Shown one piece after another: positions 40,704 through 50,091 of a DNA stretch of 64,000 nucleotides (within the stretch, counting starts at the first letter, position 1; every line of letters begins with the position of its first letter). The notes below the pieces were generated by a model. It was not told the origin of the DNA and did no database searches. It was given only the letters and a program-made list of their open reading frames with translations. Made by a program: the position numbers and the translations under genes. The stretch comes from Leptospira sp. (GTDB lineage Bacteria > Spirochaetota > Leptospiria > Leptospirales > Leptospiraceae), in NCBI GenBank assembly GCA_034439575.1, contig JAWXAQ010000036.1, positions 64,001 through 128,000 on the forward strand, written 5' to 3'.

Positions 40704-41138
40704 ATGAAATTGAATCATAATTTAATATTAACTATGGAGAAAGATATTGTTTCTACTATAGAAAAAGTCTGGGAAATTTTGACAGAACCGAAATACATCA
40801 AAGAATACCTATATGGAACTGAAGCGATTTCGGATTGGAAAGAAGGAAGTTCACTTATTTTTAAAGGAGAATGGGAAGGGAAGGCTTACCTAGAAAAAGG
40901 AACAATTCTTGAATTTCAAAAACCAGAAAAATTCTCATATTCCTATTTCACATTGTTTTATGAATTGCCGGACCTTCCTGAAAATTATGCAAAGATTGAG
41001 AACAAACTAACAGAAAAAAATGGAATTGTAACTTTACAATTAACGCAAACTGGATTTGTGTCTGAGGAAAAATTAAATCATTCGATCCAGAATTGGAATC
41101 AGTGTTTAGAAATTATTAAGAATATTGCAGAAAAATAA
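40704..41138 (+). CDS. SRPBCC/AHSA1 domain protein
   Basis: KVWEILTEP..DWKEGS..LTQTGF..NW pattern. Confidence 0.85.
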   Translation: MKLNHNLILTMEKDIVSTIEKVWEILTEPKYIKEYLYGTEAISDWKEGSSLIFKGEWEGKAYLEKGTILEFQKPEKFSYSYFTLFYELPDLPENYAKIENKLTEKNGIVTLQLTQTGFVSEEKLNHSIQNWNQCLEIIKNIAEK

Positions 41139-41170
41139 AGACATTCTTCTTTGACGGATTATAGCTGTAT

Positions 41171-41746
41171 CTAAACTCGTAATGATCCTCTAAACCCTCG
41201 CACTGCATAATAAGATTGGGCACCATTGTGATAAACAAATACTTGTCCATAGCGATAATCTGCAAAGAGGGCACCACCGAGATCACGGATGTTTGTGGGG
41301 GTTTTAATCCAACTAGAAGTTTTTTGGTCAAATTTTCCTAACTTTTGTAAGTCGCGGTATTCATCTTCAGATAAAAGTTCGATACCGATTTCCTTAGCTA
41401 AATCGATGGCACTATGTTCAGGTCTATGTTCTTTTCGCGATTCAAGGCCTTCGCGGTCATAACAAACACTTCTGCGACCGGTAGGGGTCTCTGCAGAACA
41501 ATCTACAAAGATAAATTCATCTGTCTTTTTATCATAGCCGACAACATCTGGTTCACCGCCTGTTCGTTCCATCTCGAATAAGGAAAAAAGCTTTTTAGAA
41601 TTACCATTTAACTTCGATTCTATTTTTTTCCATTCCAATCCCTTATGTCGATTTTTGTTTTTTTCAAAACGTATTTTTAAGGCTTCAAGTAAATCTTGGA
41701 TTTGTTTTGGCGATAATTTCTTTTCTGGGTTGTTCGATTTTTTCAT
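41171..41746 (-). CDS. DUF4256-like protein
   Basis: RFEKNKNRH, MERTGGEPDVV, GRRSVCYD, YHNGAQSYY..RGFRG. Confidence 0.75.
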   Translation of the reverse strand: MKKSNNPEKKLSPKQIQDLLEALKIRFEKNKNRHKGLEWKKIESKLNGNSKKLFSLFEMERTGGEPDVVGYDKKTDEFIFVDCSAETPTGRRSVCYDREGLESRKEHRPEHSAIDLAKEIGIELLSEDEYRDLQKLGKFDQKTSSWIKTPTNIRDLGGALFADYRYGQVFVYHNGAQSYYAVRGFRGSLRV

Positions 41747-42807
41747 ACTTTAGCTCCACTTTCATTAATCAATGCTACAACTTCCATTGCTTCCTTTTTT
41801 CCGCGGAGGGGTGTTGGCCCTAAGGGTTTTGTTTTCCATTCTAATGGTAAGTCCAATTGACTGGAAAGTGTTTCTGATACAATGAGACGATCATTTGTTA
41901 TTCGGCAATGTCCCGCCAAACGTGCTGCCGTATTCATGACATCACCTACATGAACGATTTCTTGTTTCAAGTCTCCCATCTCCCCAGTCATCACCAAGCC
42001 AATATGCATACCTGCTCTGTATTCTGGAATATTTTGGTATTCACTTTTATAAAAATTTTGTCTATCCGTCAATTGTTTATCAAGTAATGTAAAAAGCTTT
42101 ATACAATTCGAATTATTCAATCCTTCTTTTTTAGGCCAAGTTAGAATGATTTCATCTCCTACATATTTATAAATTTCAGCACCTGTTTCTAGAATGGGTT
42201 CTGTGAATTCATTAAAGAAAGAATCTAAAAATCGCAAAAATTTCTCATCACCTAATTCCTCTGCGATACGCGTTGAAGAAGCTATATCTAAAAATAGAAT
42301 GATTCTTTCTTCAGCCCTTGGAGTGTGATACCGACCTGTGATAAAACTTGTAAGTATCCTTGGACCTAGAAGATGGTTGACTTGTAAAAAAAAATGGAAC
42401 AAGACGGATCCAACAATAGCCATGGTAAGGGCTTGCATAAAATGAAGTCGTTCGATTTCGCCTTTCACTGGAAATAGAATGAAATGATCATATTCCATAA
42501 TATATCTGCCTGTCGCCCGCCCGATCAAAATTAGCAAAACATATGCTAGGCTATGTAAAAGAACATTAGTAGTAAAGTTTAATCGTTTGAAATATTTTTT
42601 AAGTAAAAACTCCGTGAGAATTAAAGTGTAAGAACTTAAAAGAAAAACGATTAAAAATCCATCGATAATTCCATTAAAAACATTTCGAATTTCTATCTGA
42701 CTTGTGGAATAAGCTTGATAAGTACTTAATATTGATCCCAAAAAGGCGGCAGTCATAGAAAGTTTCAATACCGTTAATGATTGTTTATTCCATTTATTAC
42801 TCTGCAT
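41743..42807 (-). CDS. Membrane-bound class III adenylate/guanylate cyclase
   Basis: N-terminal TM segments; LFLDIASST, KYVGDEI, GDVMNTAARL, LRGK. Confidence 0.9.
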   Translation of the reverse strand: MQSNKWNKQSLTVLKLSMTAAFLGSILSTYQAYSTSQIEIRNVFNGIIDGFLIVFLLSSYTLILTEFLLKKYFKRLNFTTNVLLHSLAYVLLILIGRATGRYIMEYDHFILFPVKGEIERLHFMQALTMAIVGSVLFHFFLQVNHLLGPRILTSFITGRYHTPRAEERIILFLDIASSTRIAEELGDEKFLRFLDSFFNEFTEPILETGAEIYKYVGDEIILTWPKKEGLNNSNCIKLFTLLDKQLTDRQNFYKSEYQNIPEYRAGMHIGLVMTGEMGDLKQEIVHVGDVMNTAARLAGHCRITNDRLIVSETLSSQLDLPLEWKTKPLGPTPLRGKKEAMEVVALINESGAKV

Positions 42808-42939
42808 GATCCTACCTATTTATAATTCCGCATACATAAAGCAAGGCCAAAGTTCACCTAACAAAATATTTTAATTTTAATTCTTAATTATTGTTGAAGT
42901 AATCATTTTCAATGTAATGATAGCCAGAGATAAAACGAA

Positions 42940-43401
42940 ATGTCTCGAACAAAAGAACAAAAAACTTCGCGCCTTATTGATACTGCATTTGCCTATTACT
43001 TTCATAGAACAGATCGCCTATTAAGACTCCATTTTACTAAACTCATGTCTGAATTTAAAGAAGATATCACGGTGGAACAATGGATTCTACTTAATCAGCT
43101 TTCGGCAACTGGTTCTGCTTCCCAAACAGATCTGGTCGATAAAACTTTTAAAGATAGGCCGAACGTAACTCGTTTATTGGATGGTTTAGAAAAAAGGGAC
43201 TTAGTGCAAAGGGAAGACGACCCCAGTGACAGGAGAAAATTTCAAATAATATTAACAAAAAAAGGAAAATCCCTTTTGGATAGGACGGTTCCACTTATGC
43301 TAAAAGAAAGAAAAAATATCTATAAAGGTCTTAGTGATTCCGATTTACAGGTATTAAAAAAAATTTCTGAAACGATTGAAAACAATATTTTGACTATCTG
43401 A
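42940..43401 (+). CDS. MarR family transcriptional regulator
   Basis: TRLLDGLEKRDLV.R..DPSDRR..I.LT.KG. Confidence 0.93.
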   Translation: MSRTKEQKTSRLIDTAFAYYFHRTDRLLRLHFTKLMSEFKEDITVEQWILLNQLSATGSASQTDLVDKTFKDRPNVTRLLDGLEKRDLVQREDDPSDRRKFQIILTKKGKSLLDRTVPLMLKERKNIYKGLSDSDLQVLKKISETIENNILTI

Positions 43402-43461
43402 ATCAAATATGCTTCTCGTTTCAGAATCTAATTATATGAGCTATCTTCAATAATAGTTAAC

Positions 43462-43998
43462 TTAATTTAGATGAGATTTTATTTCATCTATTGAAATATG
43501 ATCTGTTACTTTGTTTGAAAATTTTACGATCTGCATTCTTAAATCAGGTCCAATTAAAAATTCTGCAGGCATACGATCCATTTTCATTCCAGGAACTTTT
43601 TTCATCTGAAACCCAAGTTTTTCAGCTTCCTTGATTTCTTTTTTTCCAGTAATAATTGTCTTAATTACACCTAACCAAGAAGATTCGACATCATATAGTT
43701 GATAAAGTTTTTTTGTTGGATCTGGAATTAGAGAAAAAGGCATTTCCTTATTTCCAACACTATTTTTTATGCTTTCTTCGGTTGATTCAAAAACAGCTAA
43801 AATTTGAAGCCCCTTCTTTTGAAGTTCTGGGTAAACATTTAAAAGTTGATGAACTCTTAAATTACAAAGGGCACATTCCGCGTTTCGAAAAAAAGCCAAT
43901 AGAGTGAATTTTCCTTTTAAATCAGCCAGTTTTATCGTATTCCCGAGATAGTCCTTTATTGTAAAATCTTTAGCAATATCTCCTGTTTTTATACTCAT
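43462..43998 (-). CDS. AhpC/TSA-type redoxin (peroxiredoxin-like)
   Basis: FFRNAECALCNL CxxC motif, DP...LY..Y, MPAEFLIG. Confidence 0.82.
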   Translation of the reverse strand: MSIKTGDIAKDFTIKDYLGNTIKLADLKGKFTLLAFFRNAECALCNLRVHQLLNVYPELQKKGLQILAVFESTEESIKNSVGNKEMPFSLIPDPTKKLYQLYDVESSWLGVIKTIITGKKEIKEAEKLGFQMKKVPGMKMDRMPAEFLIGPDLRMQIVKFSNKVTDHISIDEIKSHLN

Positions 43999-44037
43999 AA
44001 AATTTCTCCTTGTATTCTAAAATTCATATTACTTAAA

Positions 44038-44061
44038 TAATTGTTGCATAGGCAACAATTA
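44038..44061. promoter_or_regulatory. Perfect 10-4-10 palindrome, candidate MarR operator of the redoxin gene
   Basis: TAATTGTTGC-ATAG-GCAACAATTA, 40 bp upstream of the redoxin start. Confidence 0.6.
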
Positions 44062-44343
44062 ATTAAGCCTCAAATGTGATTTTTGATACATTGTTCACCA
44101 TTTTTTGCAAGACTCAAAAATAGCCTTCAAACAATCGGAAAATAATTGGTATTGTTTTGTACATTGATTGGTCTTTATCGGTTTAATTCCGAATTTTATC
44201 ATTTGCTAAATTTTTTTTCCAAATGATGACTTCTTTTTCGAAGGAATTTTTTCCAATTTTAGAACCGATTCAAGGGTTTTAGGAAATTCAAATTTCATAT
44301 GTTGCCTCCATAAAAACGAAAATGCATGGTTTCTTTGGTTTGA

Positions 44344-44680
44344 TCATTTTCTTAAAGTCGTTATAATAGTTAATAGTATGGGAATACTAAACGATATAGT
44401 ATATAAAATCCAACCTCCCCAAATTCGAAATCCAGATTGGCTAACAGCATAAAATTTTCCAAAATTTTCTGTAAGAAAAAAGAATTTTAATATTTCTTTT
44501 CCCGAAGCAGTAAAAAAATATAAAATGCTTAAACGATATTTTAAAATGACTTTTTCTTACACGTATCATTTTCAAATAAAGATAACTTAAGAAAAATAGA
44601 ATGATATAAATATGTAATATAGGACCTTTGAGTAAATATCCAAACCCAAAAAAAAACTCCCTAAAGCTAAATAATTTGAG
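44344..44680 (-). pseudogene. Fragment of an ArnT/PMT-like membrane glycosyltransferase
   Basis: Manual translation in two different frames: FGFGYLLKGPILHIYIILFFLSYLYLK and SGKEILKFFFLTENFGKFY..RIWGGWILYT; no start codon or long ORF. Confidence 0.5.
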
Positions 44681-44953
44681 TTCCCTTTTATCTTTGCACG
44701 GGAAGTGTGTAATTTCTTGTTTCCAAACTCTCGAGTAAAGAACGAATGTGCATGATTTCGTCCCCGAAAAAAAATACTGACCGATCAGTCATTAAAATAA
44801 AATGTTAATTTTTTAAAATTATGCAAACTACCAAAGTCTAAATTCCAAATAGAGGATTTTAGATAGATGAAAGAAGGTAATGTCAATAAATTTCGCATGG
44901 AACATCATAGGATGAGTCCTTCTTTTTAAATTTAAAATATATTTTATTTCTGT

Positions 44954-45057
44954 GGGCGCCTCGCAATGGTTAGATGTCGTATACATTTTTTAATCGCGAC
45001 CAGGCTTTCCGTTGCAATCTTCGCTATCGCTTCGATTTTCACTACAATCCTTGGCGC
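44954..45057 (+). repeat. GC-rich REP-like intergenic element
   Basis: GGGCGCC...GGCTTTCC...ATCCTTGGCGC; shares ends and a core with the element at 57568-57621. Confidence 0.45.
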
Positions 45058-45108
45058 TTAGATTTTTAAAGAAATGGGAAATTTATTAGATTATAAAAGC
45101 CAATTGTA

Positions 45109-45122
45109 TTGATTTCGATCAA
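45109..45122. promoter_or_regulatory. FNR/DNR box of the nnrS promoter
   Basis: TTGAT-TTCG-ATCAA; extended -10 TGtTAATAT at 45142-45150. Confidence 0.85.
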
Positions 45123-45156
45123 TTACATTTCAACTCCAATATGTTAATATGTTGGA

Positions 45157-46317
45157 ATGTTGACTTTATGGATGACAGCGTTTCGCCCTTTTTTTCTCTT
45201 TGGTTCGTTTTATTCGATACTAATCATTCTACTTTGGTTATTCATTTTATTTGATTTCATTGGTTCACCCTTTAAAAGTTCCGTCATAAATTGGCATGCC
45301 TATGAAATGGTATTTGGTTTTTTACGAGCCATACTACTCGGCTTTTTATTTACAGCAGGGCAGAATTGGACGGGGAAAACTTTGCTCAAAGGCAAATCAC
45401 TTCAATTTGTAACACTATTGTGGTTACTCGGAAGATTTACGTTTATAAAATTTAATCTCTTTGCATCAATTTCTTTCGGAATTGATATGATGTCAGATGT
45501 ATTTGTCTTGTACTTGTTAGTTCCTGTATTTATGGAGAAAGGGCAAGAACGTAATCGTATTATTGTTTATGCATATTCATTGTTATTTATCTTCCATTTA
45601 TTTGCAGGTTTAGCTAGTTTTCAAATCATTTCAGAAAATTTTGTATTACATTTTGTTCACCTAGCAATATTTATATTTCTGCTTTTTATCATATTAATTG
45701 CCGGTCGAATATTGCCTTTTTTTACATCTGCGGTATTGAAAGAAGCAAATCCTAAAAATAATGTGATTATTGAAAAATTGATTCATCCTTTATTTTTCTT
45801 TTTTCTACTATGTGAATTTCTTTTACCATGGTTTGGTCAACTTCGATATATCTCAGCACTTTCGGCATTCATTCTCGCGATCGTTCATTTTGTTCGCTTA
45901 TCAAATTGGAATTCACTCAAAAGTTTTAAGATTTCGATCTTATTTATTTTGCATCTTGCATACCTTTGGCTTGGATTTGGTTTTCTATTTTTTTCTGGCA
46001 GTCGAATGAATTTATTTCCAGAGTCATCCGCGTATCATCTTTTTACTATTGGTGCCGTCAGTACATTTATATATGGAATGATTACAAGAATTCCACTTGG
46101 GCATACTGGTAGGAAAATTATTGCTTCATTTTGGACAAAATTTGCCTATTTGATTCTAAATATAGCGATGTTCATTCGTGTTATTTTACCCGTTTTATCA
46201 TTCTATAAGGCGTCTTATGCGATCTCAGGTATACTCTGGCTTTTTGCATTTTTCATTTATATGATTCAATTTACTCATATACTCATTAAACCAAGAGTTG
46301 ATGGAAAAATGGGATAA
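45157..46317 (+). CDS. nnrS: NnrS family protein
   Basis: AFRPFFL, WHAYEMVFG, GFLFTA..NWTG, GRILPFFT, LGHTGR, PRVDG. Confidence 0.93.
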   Translation: MLTLWMTAFRPFFLFGSFYSILIILLWLFILFDFIGSPFKSSVINWHAYEMVFGFLRAILLGFLFTAGQNWTGKTLLKGKSLQFVTLLWLLGRFTFIKFNLFASISFGIDMMSDVFVLYLLVPVFMEKGQERNRIIVYAYSLLFIFHLFAGLASFQIISENFVLHFVHLAIFIFLLFIILIAGRILPFFTSAVLKEANPKNNVIIEKLIHPLFFFFLLCEFLLPWFGQLRYISALSAFILAIVHFVRLSNWNSLKSFKISILFILHLAYLWLGFGFLFFSGSRMNLFPESSAYHLFTIGAVSTFIYGMITRIPLGHTGRKIIASFWTKFAYLILNIAMFIRVILPVLSFYKASYAISGILWLFAFFIYMIQFTHILIKPRVDGKMG

Positions 46318-46340
46318 TTGGGTAGTTATAATTAAAAACT

Positions 46341-46356
46341 TATGACATATGTCATA
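46341..46356. promoter_or_regulatory. Perfect 16 bp palindrome upstream of the nos operon
   Basis: TATGACATATGTCATA. Confidence 0.55.
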
Positions 46357-46374
46357 GAAAAAATATTTTCGGTC

Positions 46375-46388
46375 TTGATTTAGATCAA
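46375..46388. promoter_or_regulatory. FNR/DNR box of the nos operon promoter
   Basis: TTGAT-TTAG-ATCAA; TAAACT -10 at 46411-46416. Confidence 0.85.
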
Positions 46389-46469
46389 TGCGGATCATTC
46401 ACAGGATGCTTAAACTCAGATTCAGATACAAATGAATAAGAATCATAAATCTAATTGGATGATACTCGA

Positions 46470-47045
46470 ATGAAAAATCAAAACCAGAAAATATTACAAA
46501 GTATTTTAAAATCAATGTTCTTAATATCAGTTCTTGCCTTGCCTCTCACATATTGTGGTGATAGCGGAAATGAAGCAGGAAAAGGTATATCTGCAGTTTC
46601 CGATGATAAATCAAAGGCAGATGTATTAAAGATAGCCATGGGATCAAAAGATCATACAACTCTCGTAACAGCTGTTTCAGCTGCGGGTCTTGTCGATTCA
46701 CTTGCCAATCAGGGACCTTTTACAGTCTTTGCTCCAACAAATGCAGCTTTTGAAAAATTGCCTTCGGGTACCGTTGATAATCTACTCAAAAGTAGTCAAA
46801 AAGACAGCCTTAAGGATATATTGGAATATCATGTTGCAGTAGGAAACCTAACAGAAGATATACTGAAATCTGAATATACTGGAAAAGAAGATCAACTTGG
46901 TATGGCTAACGGCGGAAATGCGAAGATCTCTCTAAAAAATGGAAAAATCATGATTAATAATGCAACTGTGATAGCATCTATAACAGCTACAAATGGTATC
47001 ATCCACGTCATTGATACAGTGATTCTTCCGCCGGAAAACAAATAG
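46470..47045 (+). CDS. Fasciclin (FAS1) domain lipoprotein
   Basis: LTYC lipobox; GPFTVFAPTNAAF, ILEYHV, NGIIHVIDTVILP. Confidence 0.92.
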   Translation: MKNQNQKILQSILKSMFLISVLALPLTYCGDSGNEAGKGISAVSDDKSKADVLKIAMGSKDHTTLVTAVSAAGLVDSLANQGPFTVFAPTNAAFEKLPSGTVDNLLKSSQKDSLKDILEYHVAVGNLTEDILKSEYTGKEDQLGMANGGNAKISLKNGKIMINNATVIASITATNGIIHVIDTVILPPENK

Positions 47046-47072
47046 GATTTTTATTATACATAAGGAGTAATT

Positions 47073-47537
47073 ATGAAAAATAGCATTAAACAAAAAAAAG
47101 TAAAACAAAAGTTAAATATAAGTTTAATTCTGGTCTTATTCGCCATATTAATGTTAACTTATTGTGGGGGAGAAAAGTCTGGTGAGTCTTCAGATACAGG
47201 TGAAGGATCCAAAGGTATTGGTCCGATCACATCTGTTTCGTTAGGAGAAATAAACCCAGAGATGGCAAATAAGGGTAAGGGTCATTTTGAAGCCAAGTGT
47301 AGTGCATGTCATAAGTTTGATGAAAAAGTCGTAGGCCCTGGACTTCAAGATATAACGCTTCGCAGAACACCAGAATGGATTATGAATATGATACTTAACC
47401 CAGTAGAAATGACTCAAAAAGATCCCATCGCCAAAGGATTGCTAGAAGAGCATCTAACACAAATGACATTTCAAAATATTCAAGAATCGGAAGCACGAGA
47501 AATTTTAGAATATTTTAGAAAAATGGATAAAAAATAG
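47073..47537 (+). CDS. Monoheme cytochrome c lipoprotein (NosC-like electron donor)
   Basis: LTYC lipobox; CSACH, VGP.L, RRTPEWIMNMILNP. Confidence 0.88.
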   Translation: MKNSIKQKKVKQKLNISLILVLFAILMLTYCGGEKSGESSDTGEGSKGIGPITSVSLGEINPEMANKGKGHFEAKCSACHKFDEKVVGPGLQDITLRRTPEWIMNMILNPVEMTQKDPIAKGLLEEHLTQMTFQNIQESEAREILEYFRKMDKK

Positions 47538-47546
47538 GATATTTAT

Positions 47547-49469
47547 ATGATTCACCTTCCCAAAAAAAGTCTTTCCTTCTTTTTTTTAGTATTAGTTTTA
47601 TCAATTGCATCTAACTGCAAGAAGGGTGCATCGACAGCAGTTCTTGCCTCAGATGCCGCAAGTCGAGTTTACGTAGCACCAGGTGAAAAAGACGAAGTTT
47701 ATGCTTTTTTATCTGGTGGTTTCAATGGTCAAATGTCGGTTTACGGTATTCCTTCATCAAGGCTTTTCAAAATCATTCCAGTATTTTCTGTTTTTCCGGA
47801 AAATGGTTATGGCTTTGATGAAGAAACAAAAGATATGCTTAAAACTACTCATGGTTATGTGCCATGGGATGACAGTCATCATGTGGAAGCGTCTATGACA
47901 GACGGAAAACAAGATGGACGTTGGATGTTTTTAAATGCGAACAATACTCCTAGGCTTGCTCGAATTGATTTAAAATCTTTCGAAACTAAAGAGATTATAG
48001 AAATTCCAAATACAGCTGGTAACCATGCTTCACCATTCGCTACCGAAAATACCGAATTTTTGATGGCAGCAACTCGCTTTTCAGTACCTATTCCAAACGT
48101 TCCACTTCCTATCGAAAATTTTTCTAAAGGAGATTTCAAAGGAACTATCACGATGGTAAAAGTTGAAAAAGATACAGGAAGACTTTCCATCGATCTTCAA
48201 ATTCTTGTTCCTGGTTTCAATTATGATCTTTCTCATTGTGGAAAAAATAAGTCACACGATTGGTGTTTTTTTAGTTCGTATAACTCAGAACAGGCGCATA
48301 AAATGCTTGAAGTAGGTGCTTCTAAAAAAGACAAAGATTTCATTCTCGCATTTAACTGGGTTCGGGCGCAAGAATGTAAAGCTCAAGGCAAAGCGGCTAA
48401 TTTTGGTGGAGAATATGTAAATAATTTTCGTCCCGAAAATAAACCAGCAGTATCTACGCGATTGAGCGGTGTGAAAATGTTACAACCAAAAGATTGCCCA
48501 GGTATGATGTATTATATGCCAACTCCAAAGAGCCCGCACGGTACTGACGTTGATCCGACCGGCGAATATATTGTAGGTGGAGGTAAATTGGCATCCGTGA
48601 TTCCAGTTCATTCTTTTTCTAAAATGATCGAAGTAAAAGATAAAGCAGAACATCAGTCAGGTGATATAAATGGGATTCCTATTCTTAAATATGAATCAAC
48701 ATTAGCAGGGGAAGTTAAAAAACCATGCCTTGGTCCATTACATACAGAATTTGATGGAAAAGGGTTTGCTTACACATCTTGTTTTGTAAGTTCTGAAGTA
48801 GTTAAATGGGAATTAGGAACATGGGAAGTTGTACAACATTTACCTGCTTATTATAGTGTAGGTCACCTATCCATTGTAGGTGGTAGCTCAAAAGAACCAT
48901 ACGGGAAATATTTAGTCGCTATGAATAAAATCACTAAAGATAGATATTTACCGGTCGGTATGGAACTTCCACAAAGTGCTCAGCTTTATGACATTTCATC
49001 AGGTAAAGCTGAACTTCTGTCAGACTTTCCAACTGTTGGTGAGCCACACTATTCGCAAATGATTCCTGCTAAACTCATTATGGATAAGACAACGAAACTT
49101 TATCCCTTGGAAGAAAACAATCATCCATACGCTGTAAAAAGCGAAAAAGATACAAGAGTTGTGAGAGAAGGTGGGGCGGTTCATGTATATATGACAGCCA
49201 TCAGATCACATTTTAAACCAGATACAATCGAAGCTCGGTCAGGTGAGACACTTTACTTCCATGTCACAAACCTAGAACAAGATTATGATATACCTCATGG
49301 ATTTGCAATAAGCGGTGCTCCAAATATGCCGAACTTGCTTATCATGCCAGGTGAAACTAAAACTTTCAAATGGATCGCTCCGAAACCAGGGATTTATCCA
49401 TTTTATTGCACGGATTTTTGTTCTGCACTCCACCAAGAGATGCAACAGTATATCCGCGTAAGCCAGTAA
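47547..49469 (+). CDS. nosZ: Clade II (Sec-dependent) nitrous oxide reductase
   Basis: CuZ histidines DDSHH, GNHAS, SPHG, GPLHTEFD, GHL, EPHY; CuA PHGF...CTDFCSALHQEM; no twin-arginine motif; lipobox-like ASNC. Confidence 0.97.
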   Translation: MIHLPKKSLSFFFLVLVLSIASNCKKGASTAVLASDAASRVYVAPGEKDEVYAFLSGGFNGQMSVYGIPSSRLFKIIPVFSVFPENGYGFDEETKDMLKTTHGYVPWDDSHHVEASMTDGKQDGRWMFLNANNTPRLARIDLKSFETKEIIEIPNTAGNHASPFATENTEFLMAATRFSVPIPNVPLPIENFSKGDFKGTITMVKVEKDTGRLSIDLQILVPGFNYDLSHCGKNKSHDWCFFSSYNSEQAHKMLEVGASKKDKDFILAFNWVRAQECKAQGKAANFGGEYVNNFRPENKPAVSTRLSGVKMLQPKDCPGMMYYMPTPKSPHGTDVDPTGEYIVGGGKLASVIPVHSFSKMIEVKDKAEHQSGDINGIPILKYESTLAGEVKKPCLGPLHTEFDGKGFAYTSCFVSSEVVKWELGTWEVVQHLPAYYSVGHLSIVGGSSKEPYGKYLVAMNKITKDRYLPVGMELPQSAQLYDISSGKAELLSDFPTVGEPHYSQMIPAKLIMDKTTKLYPLEENNHPYAVKSEKDTRVVREGGAVHVYMTAIRSHFKPDTIEARSGETLYFHVTNLEQDYDIPHGFAISGAPNMPNLLIMPGETKTFKWIAPKPGIYPFYCTDFCSALHQEMQQYIRVSQ

Positions 49470-49482
49470 TATTCGAAAGCAT

Positions 49483-50091
49483 ATGAAATCTCTATTGTTT
49501 CAAAAGCTAACAAAAATTAACCGACTTCTAATCTTAGGAGTCGGTCTTGTGTTGATCTCCGTATATTTTTTGCCTATTTGGTCCATATCCCTTGCTGCTC
49601 CTCAATACCCAGAGGGACTTGGGATGAAGATTTGGATTAACAAATTAATTGGAGATACATCCTACGACCTTCAAAATATCAACCTATTAAACCACTACAT
49701 TGGTATGCAGGAAATAGTTTCTAGTTCTATTCCAGAACTTCTATTTATGCCGTATGTTCTTGGTTATTTGATTTTTGGAGCATTTTTTACTGAGCTTGTC
49801 CCGAGAGTGGGAATGGCATTGCTCGGTATCGTAAATCTAATTCTCGTCGGCCTTGTGGGTTTCTATGATTTTTGGAGATGGGAGTACAATTACGGACATA
49901 ATTTAAATCCAGAAGCACCTATCATAGTAGAAGGAATGGTTTATCAACCACCACTCCTTGGATGTAAAGAGATGTTGAATATCACTGCTTGCAGTTTTCC
50001 ATCTTATGGTGGTTATATATTGATCGGATCTCTATTTCTATTAAGTTATGTGGTGTGGTCAGAGTATAAAAAAAATAAAAATGCATTTTAG
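49483..50091 (+). CDS. nosB: NosB-like membrane protein
   Basis: L.APQYPEGL, INLLNHYIGM, YNYGHNL, YQPPLLG; directly after clade II nosZ. Confidence 0.8.
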   Translation: MKSLLFQKLTKINRLLILGVGLVLISVYFLPIWSISLAAPQYPEGLGMKIWINKLIGDTSYDLQNINLLNHYIGMQEIVSSSIPELLFMPYVLGYLIFGAFFTELVPRVGMALLGIVNLILVGLVGFYDFWRWEYNYGHNLNPEAPIIVEGMVYQPPLLGCKEMLNITACSFPSYGGYILIGSLFLLSYVVWSEYKKNKNAF

